This document shows, piece after piece, positions 62,012 to 64,000 of a stretch of DNA of 64,000 bases. This DNA comes from Acidobacteriota bacterium (GTDB taxonomy: Bacteria > Acidobacteriota > Thermoanaerobaculia > Multivoradales > Multivoraceae). Location of the stretch: NCBI GenBank assembly GCA_039026915.1, contig JBCCLJ010000011.1, positions 72-64,071 of the forward strand, read 5' to 3'. The position numbers were made by a program, and so were the translations under genes. Every line of letters starts with the position of its first letter. The stretch's first letter is position 1. Below the pieces are notes generated by a model, which saw nothing but the letters and a program-made list of their open reading frames with translations, did not search any database and had not been told where the DNA came from.

Positions 62012-64000
62012 ATGACGACCTGCCGACCTCGTTCACTCCGCCGCCGCTGCGCCGCCGTGGGGCCAGCGGTTCTCGCAGCGCTTGCCGCGATGGCGCTCTG
62101 CACCGGTGCCTACGCCGTCTCGCATCCGCTCGACTCACTGACCATGGAAGAGCATTGGAAGGTGCTCGAGGTGCTGCAGTCAGCGGGCCACCTCGACGCG
62201 GGCGCGACGCTGCCGCTGGTGCAGCTCGAGCCTCCGTCGAAGTCGCAGATTCTCGACTGGCGTGCGAAGGGCGGTGAGCTCCCGCGCCGAGCCCGCGTCG
62301 CCGTCGGCTTCGGCGGCGACGGCTATGAGGCGATCCTCGACCTTTCCGCAGAGAAGGTCGAGCGATGGACGAAGCTGGAAGGGGTCGAGATCCCCTGGGC
62401 GCCGGAGGATCTAGGCGCGGTGGTCGACGTCGTGCAGGAGCACCCCGAGGCGCAGGCGGCCATGCGCCGTCGCGGCTACGACGATTGGACGTTCCTTTCC
62501 TGCATCACTCTCCCTCCCGGCTTCTACGATCTGGAGGAGCAACGAGGGCGTCGGGTCGGTCATGTGACGTGCACCGATCCACGCGCCCGCAACACTTGGG
62601 CGCGCGGCATCGAGGGCTTTGCGGCGGTCGTCGATCTCGACGAGGGCAAGGTTCTTCGCGTCATCGATGAAGACATCGTTCCGATTCCGGCGACGCGCTC
62701 GGATTTCGATCCGTCGTCCATCGGCCCGGTGCGCGAAGCTCCCGGTCGCCTGCGCATCGAGCAGCCCGAAGGCCCCGGCTTCGCTCTCAGCGGTCATGAG
62801 GTCACCTGGCAGAAGTGGCGCTTTCATCTGAGGATCGATCAGCGCGTCGGTCCGGTGCTGTCGCTGGTCGAGTACCTTGACGACGATGCGGTGCGCTCGG
62901 TTCTCTACGAGGCGCACCTCTCAGAAATCTTCGTGCCGTACATGGACCCGGCGGAAGGCTGGTACCACCGCAACTTCATCGACGCCGGAGAGTATCCGCA
63001 GGGCGGTCTCGTCAAGGACCTCCTGCCCGGCCGGGACTGTCCCGAGTACGCTCACCTCTTCGACACGGTCGTGCCCGGCGTCGGCGGACAGCCGGAGGTC
63101 GTCAACAACGCGCTGTGCCTGTTCGAGCGTTCGGGTGGCGGCGTCGCCTGGCGACACTTCGACTCGGCGAGCCCGGGACTCTCCGAGAGTCGTCCCTCGA
63201 CCGATCTCGTAGTGCGCAGCGCCGCATCGATCGGCAACTACGACTACCTCTTCGACTGGGTCTTCCGACAGGACGGCTCGATCGAAGTCGGCGTCGGCGC
63301 GACCGGCATCGTCGAGGCCAAGCCGGTGCGTTCGAAGGGAAGGAGCACGGAGACCGCTTCGACGTCTGGTACCGCAGCGGTCTTCGACGTTTCCCGTCGC
63401 GCCGACGCAGACGATGCCTACGGCCACTTCGTCGCCGATCACGTCGTCGCGGTGAATCACAGCCACTACTTCAGTTTCCGCATGGATCTCGACGTCGACG
63501 GGACGGAGAACAGCCTGCTGGTCGACCGATTCGAGCGACGCAAGCTGCCGAAGGATCACCCGCGGCGCAGCTTGTGGGTCGTCGAGACGGACGTCGCGAA
63601 GACCGAAGATCAAGCTCGCATGACGCTCGACCCGACGAAGCCCAAGATGTGGAGGGTGGCGTCGCAGCACGCGACGAACGCGGTGGGCTATCCGACGAGC
63701 TTCCAGATCAAGGCCGGTTCGAACGCCCGCACCCTGATGTCCGAAGACGACATGCCGAGGCGGCGCGCCGGGTTCATCGACCATCACCTCTGGGTCACGC
63801 CCTACGAGGCGAGCGAACGCTATGCGGCTGGCGACTATCCGACGCTGTCGACTCCGGGACAGGGCCTGCCGAGCTGGAGCAAAGAACGCCCGATCGAAGG
63901 CACCGACATCGTCGTCTGGCACACGGTCGGAATGCATCACGTCGTGCGCGCCGAGGACTGGCCCGTCATGCCGCTGATGTGGCACCACTTCGAGCTGAGG
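62012..64000 (+). CDS. copper-containing primary amine oxidase (TPQ enzyme), 3' end outside the window
   Basis: Absent from the ORF track because no stop is reached. I translated it by hand from ATG 62012 (GAGGAG upstream), and the frame stays open for 663 codons to the window edge. Signal MTTCRPRSLRRRCAAVGPAVLAALAAMALCTGAYA. TPQ consensus SIGNYDYLFDW, Cu-His block VNHSHYFSFRMDLDVDG, and HHVVRAEDWPVMP. Confidence 0.85.
   Translation, partial: MTTCRPRSLRRRCAAVGPAVLAALAAMALCTGAYAVSHPLDSLTMEEHWKVLEVLQSAGHLDAGATLPLVQLEPPSKSQILDWRAKGGELPRRARVAVGFGGDGYEAILDLSAEKVERWTKLEGVEIPWAPEDLGAVVDVVQEHPEAQAAMRRRGYDDWTFLSCITLPPGFYDLEEQRGRRVGHVTCTDPRARNTWARGIEGFAAVVDLDEGKVLRVIDEDIVPIPATRSDFDPSSIGPVREAPGRLRIEQPEGPGFALSGHEVTWQKWRFHLRIDQRVGPVLSLVEYLDDDAVRSVLYEAHLSEIFVPYMDPAEGWYHRNFIDAGEYPQGGLVKDLLPGRDCPEYAHLFDTVVPGVGGQPEVVNNALCLFERSGGGVAWRHFDSASPGLSESRPSTDLVVRSAASIGNYDYLFDWVFRQDGSIEVGVGATGIVEAKPVRSKGRSTETASTSGTAAVFDVSRRADADDAYGHFVADHVVAVNHSHYFSFRMDLDVDGTENSLLVDRFERRKLPKDHPRRSLWVVETDVAKTEDQARMTLDPTKPKMWRVASQHATNAVGYPTSFQIKAGSNARTLMSEDDMPRRRAGFIDHHLWVTPYEASERYAAGDYPTLSTPGQGLPSWSKERPIEGTDIVVWHTVGMHHVVRAEDWPVMPLMWHHFELR

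Noticed and set aside
62921-63988. 355-aa minus-strand ORF
   Set aside because: It is antisense to the hand-translated copper amine oxidase frame, which carries the NYDY/TPQ and Cu-His motifs.

Overview
This is a high-GC, densely coding bacterial chromosomal window with about 41 supportable CDS. I saw no rRNA, tRNA, CRISPR array, transposase or integrase. All domain calls come from reading the supplied translations for diagnostic motifs. No HMM or database search was run. An ADOP-type duplicated orphan FtsX permease and many carboxypeptidase-regulatory-like repeat proteins hint at an Acidobacteriota-like organism (inference only).

Layout:
- 1-21.5 kb holds mostly ordinary accessory metabolism: DUF3500, an OM barrel, three beta-lactamase-fold serine hydrolases, an EamA/MocR divergent pair, a PepSY protein, a YVTN propeller/hydrolase operon, and a Tat-amidase with TetR. 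Embedded in it is a pair of uncharacterised paralogues (5256-6725 and 8043-11108) flanking a tandem-SnoaL gene.
- 21.5-30.7 kb starts with a TetR operator. It is followed by an ATPase-less peptide-type ABC importer that is translationally coupled to an ECF sigma factor and a TPR-CHAT protease, then a small protein coupled to a secreted S8 subtilase.
- 30.8-38.5 kb is a five-gene plus-strand operon behind a strikingly AT-rich promoter patch: DUF1611-like P-loop protein, fused ABC exporter with degenerate-looking Q/H loops, alpha/beta hydrolase, alginate-export-type OM barrel, and a secreted 7-repeat propeller-like protein with a duplicated Cys-containing C-terminal domain.
- 38.5-54.0 kb is a five-gene minus-strand block. 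It contains three tandem ~1350-aa paralogues made of ~15 CarboxypepD_reg-like repeats, a spermidine-synthase-fold protein with a poly-basic tail, and an 828-aa Reg_prop-like secreted protein.
- 54-64 kb holds a PQQ-propeller/esterase fusion, a small secreted protein, a phosphoribosyltransferase, a zinc-ribbon/TM/trypsin-like protease, the ADOP permease, and a 3'-truncated copper amine oxidase that is absent from the ORF track.

The three best candidates for an undescribed system are the sigma/TPR-CHAT/S8 module, the export-like operon at 30.8-38.5 kb, and the giant-repeat-protein operon. I cannot tell from sequence alone which of them, if any, is truly novel.
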